Of a stretch of 64,000 nucleotides of DNA, positions 21,901 to 31,432 are shown piece by piece. Numbering within the stretch: the first letter of the stretch is position 1; each line of letters opens with the position of its first letter. The DNA lies in IMG/VR virus record IMGVR_UViG_3300030419_004954, positions 440 through 64,439 of that record; one strand, written 5' to 3'. Source of the DNA: a virus (lineage: Duplodnaviria > Caudoviricetes). The translations under genes were made by a program, and so were the position numbers. Under the pieces are notes generated by a model that did no database searches, was not told the origin of the DNA, and saw only the letters and a list, made by a program, of their open reading frames with translations.

Positions 21901-23238
21901 AACATTAACGCAATGAATATTAACTCCTCTGTTAATTTAGCAGGTCAAGGGGTATTGGACGGTGGTAACGTCCGGCTCACATCCTTTAGCGATGGAGACC
22001 CAGACGCAAGATGGGTTATACAAACAAAATTCGAGTGCCCAATTTTAAATTTCAAAGATGTAGACGTTACAATAAACACTACCGAGAAAGGCGGAAACTC
22101 ACAAACCCCTCGCGGAATGTGGCATCAATATGGGTCTATTCCTGCGGATGACGAATCCATATTCTTGGAGATAGAAAATATTCCACGAAACTGGAATTAC
22201 AATTACTATGATCTGGATAAAACGGAAACCCAAAATACTGGTTCTTTGATGAAATTATGTGGATTCTCCACAGAAAGAAAAAGACTTGGTGCAATTGCTG
22301 ATAAAAAAATAATAAAAGAAGCAGTGGTTGCTGTTCCTTATACTGAGGTTGATGGAACCAAAAGGTTTTACTCAATTGGTAAAGATCAGGTGTTTAACGC
22401 CAAAAAGTTTTTAGAATCTCAGAGACTTGAAACCGATGGTGGACAACCAGCTGGAACCTTTGCACCGTCTTCATTTTACCGTGAACAAACCGTAGACACT
22501 ATCATTAATACAGTTATAGCAATGGAAGAATATGTTTTCCCTCCTACGATGGACTTTGTTCATTTTGACGATAAGGTTGATCCCTTCGCGATGTACATCT
22601 TTGAATTTTCACATACGCTGGATCAGGATGATATCAAAGATATATGGCAGAACCTGCCTCCAAAGATAGCTGAAAGTTTTGAGGAATCACAATCAACAAT
22701 TGAACACCCTCTTTTTGCAAAACAGTTTTTATCAACATTTGATGCTGAAGAGATAGGAAATCCCCCAACTGGTGGCGTTCTTAATGAAAAGATTAGGTGG
22801 ATGGTTTTCAAAGTCAAACAAAGGGCCTCTAAACAATACGCAGCACAAGATGTAACTCAACGCATCTCAAGATCAGAATCGAAAAGAAACAGGCTGTTCC
22901 CCAACAAAGCCGCTCAAAAAGCAGAGGCAATAGAAAACTTGCTTTCATATAACTGGCCTTATGATTTCTTTTCTTTAGTTGAGTTAGTCAAGATCGATTC
23001 AGAGATAACATTTTCCGACGTCTCTTCTGATAATCCAAATGCCCCTGCACCAAAAGGGAGCCCCAAGAAAGACAAATCTGAAAGAACGATGCAGAGAAAT
23101 CCCACACGCTCCGACGCACCGTCGGCGCAAGCAACTCCTCCAACTCTTCCAATGGCTCAAGCAGCAGAGGGAACACCAGCCCAAGGCCAAGCTTCATTGC
23201 CTGAAGGCGCAGGTCCTGATAGTGGGAGGAGCAGATAA
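18982..23238 (+). CDS. Large putative virion (baseplate/tail) protein with a low-complexity C-terminal tail
   Basis: 1418 aa ORF, TAATG-coupled within the tail operon; C-terminal YNWPYDFFSLVEL motif followed by a P/A/S-rich tail. Confidence 0.5.
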   Translation: MSQFVDLVGLNTFIYEANGYIPERISSNGAFLEYVTGDGIAYKLGSVSTQLGYAVTLNNHIGSYGFSQPNTYPSGNTTTQIFQYIDINQLQNHKFPLFLSASLVPGIPSSASYFPALMLKRNGPYGHPMFKQIRVHENPLTRRQRKENIFTIVEMPSDEIIKTFGSNRQTKIIRSRYGNIIGYREAPLTSKYKPLDWLVGLSPDNERIDNQTELTVDNIERVVMRNSFGNDINFFANTDLNNRLGLEVLKDEDYEKITNLYLDGGLDSDGSPISTFEFLKYSETIFPRETNAYRKIARKRFNFVNGFWRDARSDRSVIPTNIFDFKFEVRTNTALGSTHLPSIWPLDADVEFATKTRSTISAFSVAYLGSRQTDDGAGTSPNYISGGAGILQNQYSHFSPVALTNQLYVGSLMKPAPVYNRRHGMGDISSATNQRLVTSSVVAPDGIVIPETGSSYLGGVGVGAPFQGQALWEAGVQSGKNPFDSSYGVWYENLRLKAKDYSVVPEFTISSFVPTIEVSGALKFIDNMFEVTGGSSGETNAFDPTAVFFGNDSSETKFYETYSTSDFMKHFAKIKKDHTNFVEPSKITLTCKAFKKFLAYDSFYPALRTVDIAQQFSSSYSEYITATSSLNPVPGTDNASYIHAQKLQNLLVPLLSPGILFNSIKAGVACDYPLMTGSLATRTNTAFGAYTVISGAFYDTRIPFEALYQPEAYLSNTDLICNEPSSFANTKINSVWTGQGDNLYKKMMNNFLAETVEFFLEDSSLTSIVSAKQSNSKFGNAVAGKSYGMRVKLGKTLDGNKALFAGEKGNYSPPNTYITGGALAVDITSPRENITMYSRPSAFGPPTDGFGSKTEQNATNGSIGGHYFPYTPPYYDGEAWCDIIFTAAETKKYTLREIIDSSQYRLIRVDPMSAGSSSVFINTMELLEETQAGMQATKFTRQFGNDASFFIDSKDIGLFTDSDLDYKHLHSPININAMNINSSVNLAGQGVLDGGNVRLTSFSDGDPDARWVIQTKFECPILNFKDVDVTINTTEKGGNSQTPRGMWHQYGSIPADDESIFLEIENIPRNWNYNYYDLDKTETQNTGSLMKLCGFSTERKRLGAIADKKIIKEAVVAVPYTEVDGTKRFYSIGKDQVFNAKKFLESQRLETDGGQPAGTFAPSSFYREQTVDTIINTVIAMEEYVFPPTMDFVHFDDKVDPFAMYIFEFSHTLDQDDIKDIWQNLPPKIAESFEESQSTIEHPLFAKQFLSTFDAEEIGNPPTGGVLNEKIRWMVFKVKQRASKQYAAQDVTQRISRSESKRNRLFPNKAAQKAEAIENLLSYNWPYDFFSLVELVKIDSEITFSDVSSDNPNAPAPKGSPKKDKSERTMQRNPTRSDAPSAQATPPTLPMAQAAEGTPAQGQASLPEGAGPDSGRSR

Positions 23239-24215
23239 TGTCGTTTTTTGATAAGAAAGAAGAAGTTATATCAATTGAGTTAACTCCTTATGGAAGACAC
23301 CTGCTGTCTTTGGGAAAACTTAAGCCGACTTATTACGCATTTTATGACGATGATGTTTTGTATAATGTTGAAGCCGCCGGTTATTCTGAGACAAGCGCTG
23401 AGATAAAAACTAGAATTTTAGATCAAACACCTTACATGAAACCCACAGTTATGTTTCAAGGTTTGGATGATACAGTTCAGAGATCAGAGCTTTACTTAGA
23501 AACAGAAAACATACGATACCCGTCAACAACTAACAAGCTCTATTATCTCCAGAACCCTTTGGGAACGTGCAAAGAGACTTCAACAGAGTCACCAGCGTTC
23601 AAAGCGACATTTCTTCTTAACTCTAGTTCTGCTGGTGCTAAGTTTCAAGAGAACACTACTTTGCCTTTAGAGCAAATCCCTCAAATCGAGGTGGATTACG
23701 ATTTCACAGTTTCGGTCAAAAACACCAACAAACAAGCGAGCGAAGAATTTGTAAGCAACGTCCCTCCGGAGTTTAGGTCTAAAATCTTCCCAGATGGAAC
23801 GTATTTCAACATTGATGACGACAACATGATAGTCCAATTACTAGAGGAGAACGGCTTTTCTTTATCCGACAGTTTTGAAATCGAGGTATTCAAAGTTGAT
23901 GAAATAGATTCAGAACAAATGACCCAACTGAAGTTTTTACCAAAACAACAAAAGATTGTTAATGATTATATCATTGACGATAGTGATCTCGGGGGCTCGA
24001 TAGAAGTAACTCCTGAGTTTGTGGAATACTACTTTAATTTATATGTGGATAACGAAATTTCCATCTCAGACTTATGCAAAGGTGTTAAATCTTTAGATGC
24101 ACAAGATATTTATATTGATCTTGAAGTAAATTGTCCTGATGTGGTAGATCCGGGCACACCGAATATTTACAGAACAAGAATTAAGAAATCTGATTTGGAG
24201 GTTTGTGATGACTGA
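23238..24215 (+). CDS. Putative baseplate protein; N-terminus paralogous to 29354..30310
   Basis: MSFFDKKEEVISIELTPYGRHLLSLG..YYAFYDDDVLY resembles MGFLDNSGDIILDVVLTDLGRQRLAKG..KFALSDDEIDY. Confidence 0.55.
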   Translation: MSFFDKKEEVISIELTPYGRHLLSLGKLKPTYYAFYDDDVLYNVEAAGYSETSAEIKTRILDQTPYMKPTVMFQGLDDTVQRSELYLETENIRYPSTTNKLYYLQNPLGTCKETSTESPAFKATFLLNSSSAGAKFQENTTLPLEQIPQIEVDYDFTVSVKNTNKQASEEFVSNVPPEFRSKIFPDGTYFNIDDDNMIVQLLEENGFSLSDSFEIEVFKVDEIDSEQMTQLKFLPKQQKIVNDYIIDDSDLGGSIEVTPEFVEYYFNLYVDNEISISDLCKGVKSLDAQDIYIDLEVNCPDVVDPGTPNIYRTRIKKSDLEVCDD

Positions 24216-27210
24216 TTTTTTGGTAGGCAACGGTAATCTTCCCAATGTATATTTTAATTCAATTAAAATATTTGATGGGAACAATGTTGAGGGAGCAGAA
24301 AAATCGATAGTTGTAAAGATCTCGCTCTCAGTTAAAGACAAAAAGATTAACGGCAACTTTCAATGGTCGGATAATCCAATCATGACTGAGTATCTGGTCA
24401 TAAACCTTTTGCAATCAACAAGCCAGCCATTCAGTGATCTAATAACAAATGGACAATACACTCTTTCAAAATCGGATTACAAAAAGTCTAATTTGTATTC
24501 TTCCAGAGATGTAAGTGTTGTAACTAAAAAGCTAAACTTGTATAACCCTGATCAAATAATAATGGAAGGGATGGACGACAATAACAATGAAACATATGGC
24601 TTTTATTATGACTTTGAGTTTGTTGTAAAGCAAAACAAAGCAATTAATTTAACGTATTTTGCAAATGTTTCCCCCAATATCACTGATTTAGCCGCAGACT
24701 ATAGTGCAGACTTTTCCTCTGACTTGCTTTCCTTGTATCAAGGCCCTGTGAGTTCAGAAGTTGTGTTCTCAAACTCGGAGATACAAAAGCAAACAAACAA
24801 AATACTGTTGCCCGATGGTACACAATATTCAGGACCAGTTCACTTTCATGAGCCCACCGGTTATATGGTCGGCCCCTTCCACACAAAACGTCCTCACTCA
24901 ACTTTGTTAGTCTCGCAAATAGATAATAAAAAGATTAAAGATTTAAGAAACCCACAACAAAACAGCAAAATGCTCAATACCCAAACAGGTCTTAAATCTC
25001 TTGTCGTGGATGGGTATACCACAAATGACGAAGAAGGTCGAGTGAAAAAACTTTACTTTATTAACTATGATGCAATATTTTCACAAAAGACTAAATTTGG
25101 AAATCTTCTTAAACAATTGGATCCTGATGTTTATGCTGAGGTTCTTGCAAATTTTAAAATCAAAAAACTCACATTTAAACGATCACAGATAAGAATTAGA
25201 AAGAAAACCAATCCATACGCCAAAAGCAAAGAGATTGCCGAGGTCATACCCTCAACCAGCGTGATTCTGGGCACAACAAAAGATCTGGAACCATATAATC
25301 TGTCTTCATCGGTAAGCAACCTTTCTACAATCAAAGAGGTGCCCCCAAATGATAATAAGATAAGATTTATAAGTTTTACCGATAATCAAGCAAAAGACCT
25401 ATATACCGGCAAATTTACTTATAGATTGTCTGTCGAGATGATCGACAATACAGTTGATTATTTAAATTCAAAGTACTCAGAGTATTCCAGCGATATAAAA
25501 TCACTTGAATCTTATTATTTAAGGGGATCAAAACGATCAAGCTATGACTCAATCCGTCAAGAGTTCTTACCTGAGTTTCAAACATCTGAGGACTCGTTGT
25601 ATGACTTGCAAAATCTAGCCTCAGCTATAAACGTTCCTTGGGTAATCGGAGTTGAGAACTATGGTTCGCTTTATAAATTTTTAAATAATGTGACTGATGA
25701 GGACATGGATGCAATTAAAGAATCCATCTTTAACTCAATTAATCCCAAAACTGGAAGTCCGGATGGTATTCTATTGTTTATCGAGAACTATAAAACATTA
25801 CTAGAGGAATTTGCCTTTAAGTTTGACCTCAATAAAATATTCCAAGGGACTACAAAAAAAGTTGCCCCTATGTCTAAAAATCCGATCTTGAACAACTTGA
25901 TCAAAATAGAGTATTCAAATTTAGAATTCGTTGATTTTTCAGAAACCCGAGTGGGATACAGAGTGATGCCCGAGAACACTGAGAAAGACGACTTCTCAAC
26001 CATCACGTTATCTGACTACAGAAGACGAGAACAAGAAGAGAGAGATAGATTTTTCCAAGGCTCTCCCTCTTTGAATAATCAAGAATCTCGGAACATCTCC
26101 AGAGCCCAACGAGACGCTTTCAAGGACATCGGTACCTCGGCCCCTTCGTTCATGAGCCCTTTATCAATTATAAATAAAGGCAAAAAGATTGATCTTTCCA
26201 GAGCAGCCCGCGCTGATTCCAAAGAACTTAACAAAATGGTAAACAAAATCAACCGCTCAAAGAGAAAGAAGAAAAAGTATTTATCAAAAAGGGTCAAGTT
26301 TCTAAGACCAGTCAGCACCAAATCTGTGGATCCCAAACCTAAAAGACAACCAGATCCTGATGTAAGAGACTATCTTGGCCAAACAACAAAGATGTATTCA
26401 ATTAACGAGCAGTTTGAGTTGCAAGATATGAATGCTAAAGATACAATCAAGACAGAAGAAAAAATCAAATCCTCTCTTAACAGAAAACTAAAGAAAAAGA
26501 TCACTAGAAATTTTGATCTAACGAAAGAAAACAACGTTATCTTTAAAAAGATGAGAAGAAAAAATGTCGATATGGAAAGACAATTGAGAGATATGCCGAT
26601 GCATGTTAAGGCTGTTGTTGCTTCAAGGTCAGACACATGTAAAACAAATTTCTTAGATTCTCCCGTTGATGTCTTAGAATCGGATGAAACCGATAACAAG
26701 TTTTTGATGACTCACTTTTTGGTGCAAGAAATGATGTACTTGGAGGGATTCCAACGAGATAAAGACGGCGATCCAATGATCACGGGACCAATATGGAAAC
26801 GAATAGATAACGACGTTGTAAAAACAACTAACAAAAGATCAGTCATTTGCAAGATGATTAATTATGTTGACGCAGAGTTAGAACTCGATATACCAGACGA
26901 AATACGACTACCCGTGTTTGATTCTATTTTTACTATTGAGAACGACACCAATATCTTGCCCTCGCCTCCACAAGATAAGAGCTCTCAGTTGTTGATATCA
27001 TACAATAACAACTCCACTGTTAATTACGATTATTGCACGAGCAACATTATTGTACAATCCGAGAAGCAAAATGGTTTCTTAAATAACTCGACAACCACAC
27101 AGAGCGAAACAACAATCGCAGTCGCTGACGGTGCTCAGCAGACAACAGTGGTGTCTACCTCATCACCAATTACATCCCCATCGGCACCATCAAGTGGTAG
27201 GAGCTATTAA
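24208..27210 (+). CDS. Hypothetical ~1000 aa tail-region protein with a His-rich motif
   Basis: Long ORF; ATG at 24208 preferred over GTG 24205 given SD GGAGG at 24197-24201; YSGPVHFHEPTGYMVGPFHTKRPH motif. Confidence 0.5.
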   Translation: MTDFLVGNGNLPNVYFNSIKIFDGNNVEGAEKSIVVKISLSVKDKKINGNFQWSDNPIMTEYLVINLLQSTSQPFSDLITNGQYTLSKSDYKKSNLYSSRDVSVVTKKLNLYNPDQIIMEGMDDNNNETYGFYYDFEFVVKQNKAINLTYFANVSPNITDLAADYSADFSSDLLSLYQGPVSSEVVFSNSEIQKQTNKILLPDGTQYSGPVHFHEPTGYMVGPFHTKRPHSTLLVSQIDNKKIKDLRNPQQNSKMLNTQTGLKSLVVDGYTTNDEEGRVKKLYFINYDAIFSQKTKFGNLLKQLDPDVYAEVLANFKIKKLTFKRSQIRIRKKTNPYAKSKEIAEVIPSTSVILGTTKDLEPYNLSSSVSNLSTIKEVPPNDNKIRFISFTDNQAKDLYTGKFTYRLSVEMIDNTVDYLNSKYSEYSSDIKSLESYYLRGSKRSSYDSIRQEFLPEFQTSEDSLYDLQNLASAINVPWVIGVENYGSLYKFLNNVTDEDMDAIKESIFNSINPKTGSPDGILLFIENYKTLLEEFAFKFDLNKIFQGTTKKVAPMSKNPILNNLIKIEYSNLEFVDFSETRVGYRVMPENTEKDDFSTITLSDYRRREQEERDRFFQGSPSLNNQESRNISRAQRDAFKDIGTSAPSFMSPLSIINKGKKIDLSRAARADSKELNKMVNKINRSKRKKKKYLSKRVKFLRPVSTKSVDPKPKRQPDPDVRDYLGQTTKMYSINEQFELQDMNAKDTIKTEEKIKSSLNRKLKKKITRNFDLTKENNVIFKKMRRKNVDMERQLRDMPMHVKAVVASRSDTCKTNFLDSPVDVLESDETDNKFLMTHFLVQEMMYLEGFQRDKDGDPMITGPIWKRIDNDVVKTTNKRSVICKMINYVDAELELDIPDEIRLPVFDSIFTIENDTNILPSPPQDKSSQLLISYNNNSTVNYDYCTSNIIVQSEKQNGFLNNSTTTQSETTIAVADGAQQTTVVSTSSPITSPSAPSSGRSY

Positions 27211-29303
27211 TGAGAGCGATTAACAAACTGGCCATCAAGGACTCAAATTATTCAGATTATGTTCAGAATAATGCAACTTCAGTCGTAGCTGTTGTAAATA
27301 CTCGACAAGAGAATGATACTTTTGAAGAGATTAATGTTGTTGATAAAAAACTAAACATAACATACAATTCAACAGAATTTCAAGAAAACCAAACTAACGG
27401 TGGTTATTTGGAAACAATTACTTTAACTTCGTTGCCCGGAGGCTATAACAACTTCAATGAATTTAAAACAGAGATAGACGAAATCTTAGACACGACTCAC
27501 TTGAATCACTTAACTTCTTTGTTGGTGCCTCAACGCACTCAGTTAAACAACAATGCTGAATTTGTCTACTCTGCACAGTCCACGTACAATTACTACGCCA
27601 AAGGCTATGAAGAACAAACTACAGCAGTCACAGAGAAAGAGATTCCGAATTATTACATTGAAAGCGGAGATGCAAATTCAGATTTGAAAGTATTTAATGT
27701 TTCAAACTTCAATGAAGAGCTTTTTAAATCCGTGGGCGTTGATCGATCTTTAACGGTTCCAGCAACAGCCAGAGTAAGAGAGTCCAATATTATCTTTGAC
27801 GGTGTTAATACGATACTGTCTAAAGTTGAGGGCTTTCCATTCTTTAATACAATAGAGATGAGCACATATGCTGCCGGAGATATCACAAACTTTATTAACG
27901 ACTCGGGATTGTTTGTAGAGTTGACTGACTTCTATATTTCTGGAAATCCAGCGACTACAACAGACTTCGATTTGTTAGATTCAAAAAACGCGGTCCAAGT
28001 TCAAAGACAAGTCACAACTGAGATATTTTCTTTTAATGATTTCATCACCGACAAGGATTACACATTAGGTAATCAGGAAATAAGCACTGTTATTTCGGAC
28101 ACCCCAGTCCCTGATATAAATGATATGTTCGGTAACTTTTCAAAAGTATTGCTGAATGGTATCTTCAGAAACTCAGTTAGAAACAATTTAAGAACAATTC
28201 AAGAGGTTTTAGAAAACAGAGTTTGCTACAACGAAGTTCTTTTCTATCGTGTAGACAAGTACGTCGGGTCTTTCTTGGGACAACCGGTTCAAACATTCTG
28301 GTTTGCAAACAAAAATGAAGCACTTCAATATTGCGACACTCAAGTCAAATATGGAACAGTATACGCTTACGATGTTTCGGCATACAGCCTTGTCTTGGGC
28401 AATAGCTATTCTTACTCTGATCCAACTTATGCCGAAAGAGACGGGCAGTTTTATGCTGATTTGACTGTAAACAACTTCTGCTCTGCGCAATTGGTGAGGA
28501 TCCCACTGCTTCAATTTAGTATTGCTTCGATTCAAAATCCTCCGCTTCGTCCTCATGTTGACTTTTCAACCAAAATGAACGCTGAGAATAATATCAAAAT
28601 AACATTGGGCCATAACCTTGGCGAAGAGTTAGCAGCCTTTATCCCAATCACGAGTCAAGATTCTCAACAAGAAGCCTTGATGACTTTAGTTCAATACAAC
28701 TATAGTGGTGGAGAAAACTTAAAATACTTTAAGTCAGACGGAACAGCACAATATTTTGAAGTCTTTCGGACAACTGATCCGCCTCAACAACCAGAGAGCT
28801 TTGTTGGAAACAAAATTGCTGATGCAAAACAGTTCTTTTCAAATTCAAGAGAATCTTCGTCTCATATCTCTATCAACGATTTTGTTCTCCCAAATGTAAA
28901 ATATTATTATATGTTCAGAGCAGTCAATGTTCATAATCATGTGAGCAACCCTACCACTGTTTATGAGCTTGTTTTAACTCAGGATGCAGACGACTCAAAG
29001 GTTACCGTTGTTGAATATGAGTACCCAAAACAGATTAAATTTAACAATTCTAAATCATTCAATTCTTTGCTACAAGTCCAGCCAACACTGGATCAGACGA
29101 TTTTTATGAACAACCAGCCCGCGATAGTTAATGCCGATTCTGCGAAGACAGAACTAAATAATATAACTTTGGGTGACGCACAAGAACAAATTTGGGGAAG
29201 AGTATTTAAGATAAGGTGTAGGTCTACCACAACAGGTCGTAAAATAGATTTCAATGTGAGATTTAACTTAAAAAAGGTGAATTCACAGGACAATTTCGAA
29301 TAG
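27210..29303 (+). CDS. Hypothetical tail-region protein with FN3-like beta elements
   Basis: 697 aa; DTQVKYGTVYAYDVSAY and VLPNVKYYYMFRAVN resemble FN3 strands; TAATG coupling. Confidence 0.45.
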   Translation: MRAINKLAIKDSNYSDYVQNNATSVVAVVNTRQENDTFEEINVVDKKLNITYNSTEFQENQTNGGYLETITLTSLPGGYNNFNEFKTEIDEILDTTHLNHLTSLLVPQRTQLNNNAEFVYSAQSTYNYYAKGYEEQTTAVTEKEIPNYYIESGDANSDLKVFNVSNFNEELFKSVGVDRSLTVPATARVRESNIIFDGVNTILSKVEGFPFFNTIEMSTYAAGDITNFINDSGLFVELTDFYISGNPATTTDFDLLDSKNAVQVQRQVTTEIFSFNDFITDKDYTLGNQEISTVISDTPVPDINDMFGNFSKVLLNGIFRNSVRNNLRTIQEVLENRVCYNEVLFYRVDKYVGSFLGQPVQTFWFANKNEALQYCDTQVKYGTVYAYDVSAYSLVLGNSYSYSDPTYAERDGQFYADLTVNNFCSAQLVRIPLLQFSIASIQNPPLRPHVDFSTKMNAENNIKITLGHNLGEELAAFIPITSQDSQQEALMTLVQYNYSGGENLKYFKSDGTAQYFEVFRTTDPPQQPESFVGNKIADAKQFFSNSRESSSHISINDFVLPNVKYYYMFRAVNVHNHVSNPTTVYELVLTQDADDSKVTVVEYEYPKQIKFNNSKSFNSLLQVQPTLDQTIFMNNQPAIVNADSAKTELNNITLGDAQEQIWGRVFKIRCRSTTTGRKIDFNVRFNLKKVNSQDNFE

Positions 29304-29316
29304 TTTGTGATAAAAC

Positions 29317-29324
29317 ACTATTTA
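29317..29324 (+). promoter_or_regulatory. Putative late promoter motif ACTATTTA
   Basis: Intergenic copy upstream of 29354. Confidence 0.65.
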
Positions 29325-29353
29325 CTATGATATAACACAAGTGAGGAATATTA

Positions 29354-30310
29354 ATGGGTTTTTTAGATAACAGTGGCGATATTATTTTGGATGTTGTACT
29401 TACCGATTTGGGAAGACAACGACTCGCCAAAGGTGACGGTTCTTTCAATATTACCAAGTTTGCACTCTCAGATGATGAGATCGATTACAGTTTATATAAC
29501 AAAAACCACCCAAGTGGTAGTTCATATTATGATTTGGAGATCTTGCAGACTCCTGTATTCGAAGCATTCACCGACAACGCCGGTTCCGTAAAGAATAAAC
29601 TGCTTACTTTCGAGAATCCTAACTTGTTGTTTCTCCCAGTTTTAAAACTGAATCAAGCATTTCCCGGAACTTCTATGCATTCATCCGGATCTTTCATAAT
29701 TGCAGTTGATAGAAACACAGAAGACAACACTTCGACCACTTCACCAGCAACTTCGATTGGTACAACTAGTGATGGTAAAGTAGTGGCTGGTGTTATATTC
29801 GGCGAATCTCTGGGTGCTGGAGCACAGTCTGTAAATTATGTAAGACTAGACCAAGGCTTAGATACAACACAAGTATCAGCCAAGAAGCGTTTAGATCCCG
29901 ACTTAGTTGAGACAGAATACATGGTCCAAATTGATAACAGACTTGGAAGCATTGTTAGTTTTGATGGCGTTAATAAAGCGGTTCCTGACTACATTGATGA
30001 TGATAATATAGCATATTATACATTTTCTTTGGGAACCGATCAGCAATATGTATTGACCAACACAGTAACTGAGGACTCAGCAACAGAAACAATTAAAGGC
30101 CCACGAGGTACTTATCTACAATTTTCTATTGCTTCTTCTCTAGAGTTAAACACCAGCACTTATCTATTTGACCAATTGGGATCGACTGCTGGTTTGGATA
30201 ACGCTGCGGGCACTTCTACTGTTGTAAAATTAATTGATTCGACAATAAAAGTCTCAGGCATGACTACTGGATATTCAGTGGATATTCCAGCAAGATTTGT
30301 AAAAGTATAG
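29354..30310 (+). CDS. Putative tail/baseplate protein (tail-collar DUF3751-like N-terminal motif)
   Basis: VLTDLGRQRLAKG...ITKFALSD; own ACTATTTA motif and SD GAGG upstream. Confidence 0.55.
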   Translation: MGFLDNSGDIILDVVLTDLGRQRLAKGDGSFNITKFALSDDEIDYSLYNKNHPSGSSYYDLEILQTPVFEAFTDNAGSVKNKLLTFENPNLLFLPVLKLNQAFPGTSMHSSGSFIIAVDRNTEDNTSTTSPATSIGTTSDGKVVAGVIFGESLGAGAQSVNYVRLDQGLDTTQVSAKKRLDPDLVETEYMVQIDNRLGSIVSFDGVNKAVPDYIDDDNIAYYTFSLGTDQQYVLTNTVTEDSATETIKGPRGTYLQFSIASSLELNTSTYLFDQLGSTAGLDNAAGTSTVVKLIDSTIKVSGMTTGYSVDIPARFVKV

Positions 30311-30319
30311 GATTAAAAA

Positions 30320-31426
30320 ATGGCAAGTTCATTCAAGCAAATTAAACCAAGCGATAGGGTTTCTACACGGACTCTTCTTCATGAAGCAATCCCTTTGACC
30401 GGTACAATTGTATCAGGTACATATTCAGACGAAAATATTAAAAACTACTCTCATGGTATGTTTCAATCAGTTTATGATTATCCATACTTAAGTTCATCTG
30501 CTAACCATATCTTTGATATTACAGCGGGTTACGCAAATGGTAGTGTTTTGTCCGGCTCATCCAATGATCAAAATGCGAAAAAAATTAACATTTACACTGA
30601 GATGTCTCAAATGTTGGTTGGCTACGATGTTACCGGATCAGTTTTGGACTTTGACGAGGACGGTAATCTTCTCGCCGGTGGCGCAAAGCTTAAAGAATGT
30701 GTATTTGTAAACTTCTCTCGCCTTCTTTACAAAGACGAAATTAAGAAAGGCACCTTCTCTTTAGAGCTGGGTATGAGTAGTTCTTACTCTGAAAACGGAA
30801 ATGTGATGTACGACCGACTGTTGGTTACAGACTACAGTGGTTCCGATGGATATCTTGTTAATTCACCACTTGGTGAATACGGCGTTCTTTATGTTACAGC
30901 AAGCACCAATCGCGCCGGTGTTAGAATCTTGGCCAATGATCCAAGCACTACAAACCGTCCCCCTTGTGGATTAATTTATTATCAAGCTGGTGTTGCTGTT
31001 CTTTCATCATCTCTGTTCTTGAAATCTCCTGCTGGGCTCTTGACTTACAATGTGTCCTGTTCAGGTCCTACGAATACCTTTGAGACCTTCACAGCAGTGC
31101 TTTCAGGTTCATCGATCACAGGTTCCGCAGACAACTTAAGAACTCGACTTTACAATTTGCAGTTCAACAATACAGTAGAACTTAACTCAACAATCTACTT
31201 CTGCCGTGCAAACCACAATGAGTTTAACTATTCTGGTAACCCAACATACTTGAGCAGTTCTCAGATCAGAGTAAAAGATGTTTCCACAGATGCACCAATT
31301 TCATATATCACAACAGTTGGTCTCTACTCCGAGAACAATGAATTGTTGGCCGTTGGTAAACTCAGCGAACCTCTCAAGAAGAGCACAGCCAACGAGTTTA
31401 CCATTAGAACAAGGTTAGATTATTAA
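30320..31426 (+). CDS. Putative tail/baseplate protein (tail-collar DUF3751-like C-terminal motif)
   Basis: C-terminal FNYSGNPTY...YITTVGLYSENNELLAVGKLSEPLKK...RLDY. Confidence 0.55.
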   Translation: MASSFKQIKPSDRVSTRTLLHEAIPLTGTIVSGTYSDENIKNYSHGMFQSVYDYPYLSSSANHIFDITAGYANGSVLSGSSNDQNAKKINIYTEMSQMLVGYDVTGSVLDFDEDGNLLAGGAKLKECVFVNFSRLLYKDEIKKGTFSLELGMSSSYSENGNVMYDRLLVTDYSGSDGYLVNSPLGEYGVLYVTASTNRAGVRILANDPSTTNRPPCGLIYYQAGVAVLSSSLFLKSPAGLLTYNVSCSGPTNTFETFTAVLSGSSITGSADNLRTRLYNLQFNNTVELNSTIYFCRANHNEFNYSGNPTYLSSSQIRVKDVSTDAPISYITTVGLYSENNELLAVGKLSEPLKKSTANEFTIRTRLDY

Positions 31427-31432
31427 AATGCT

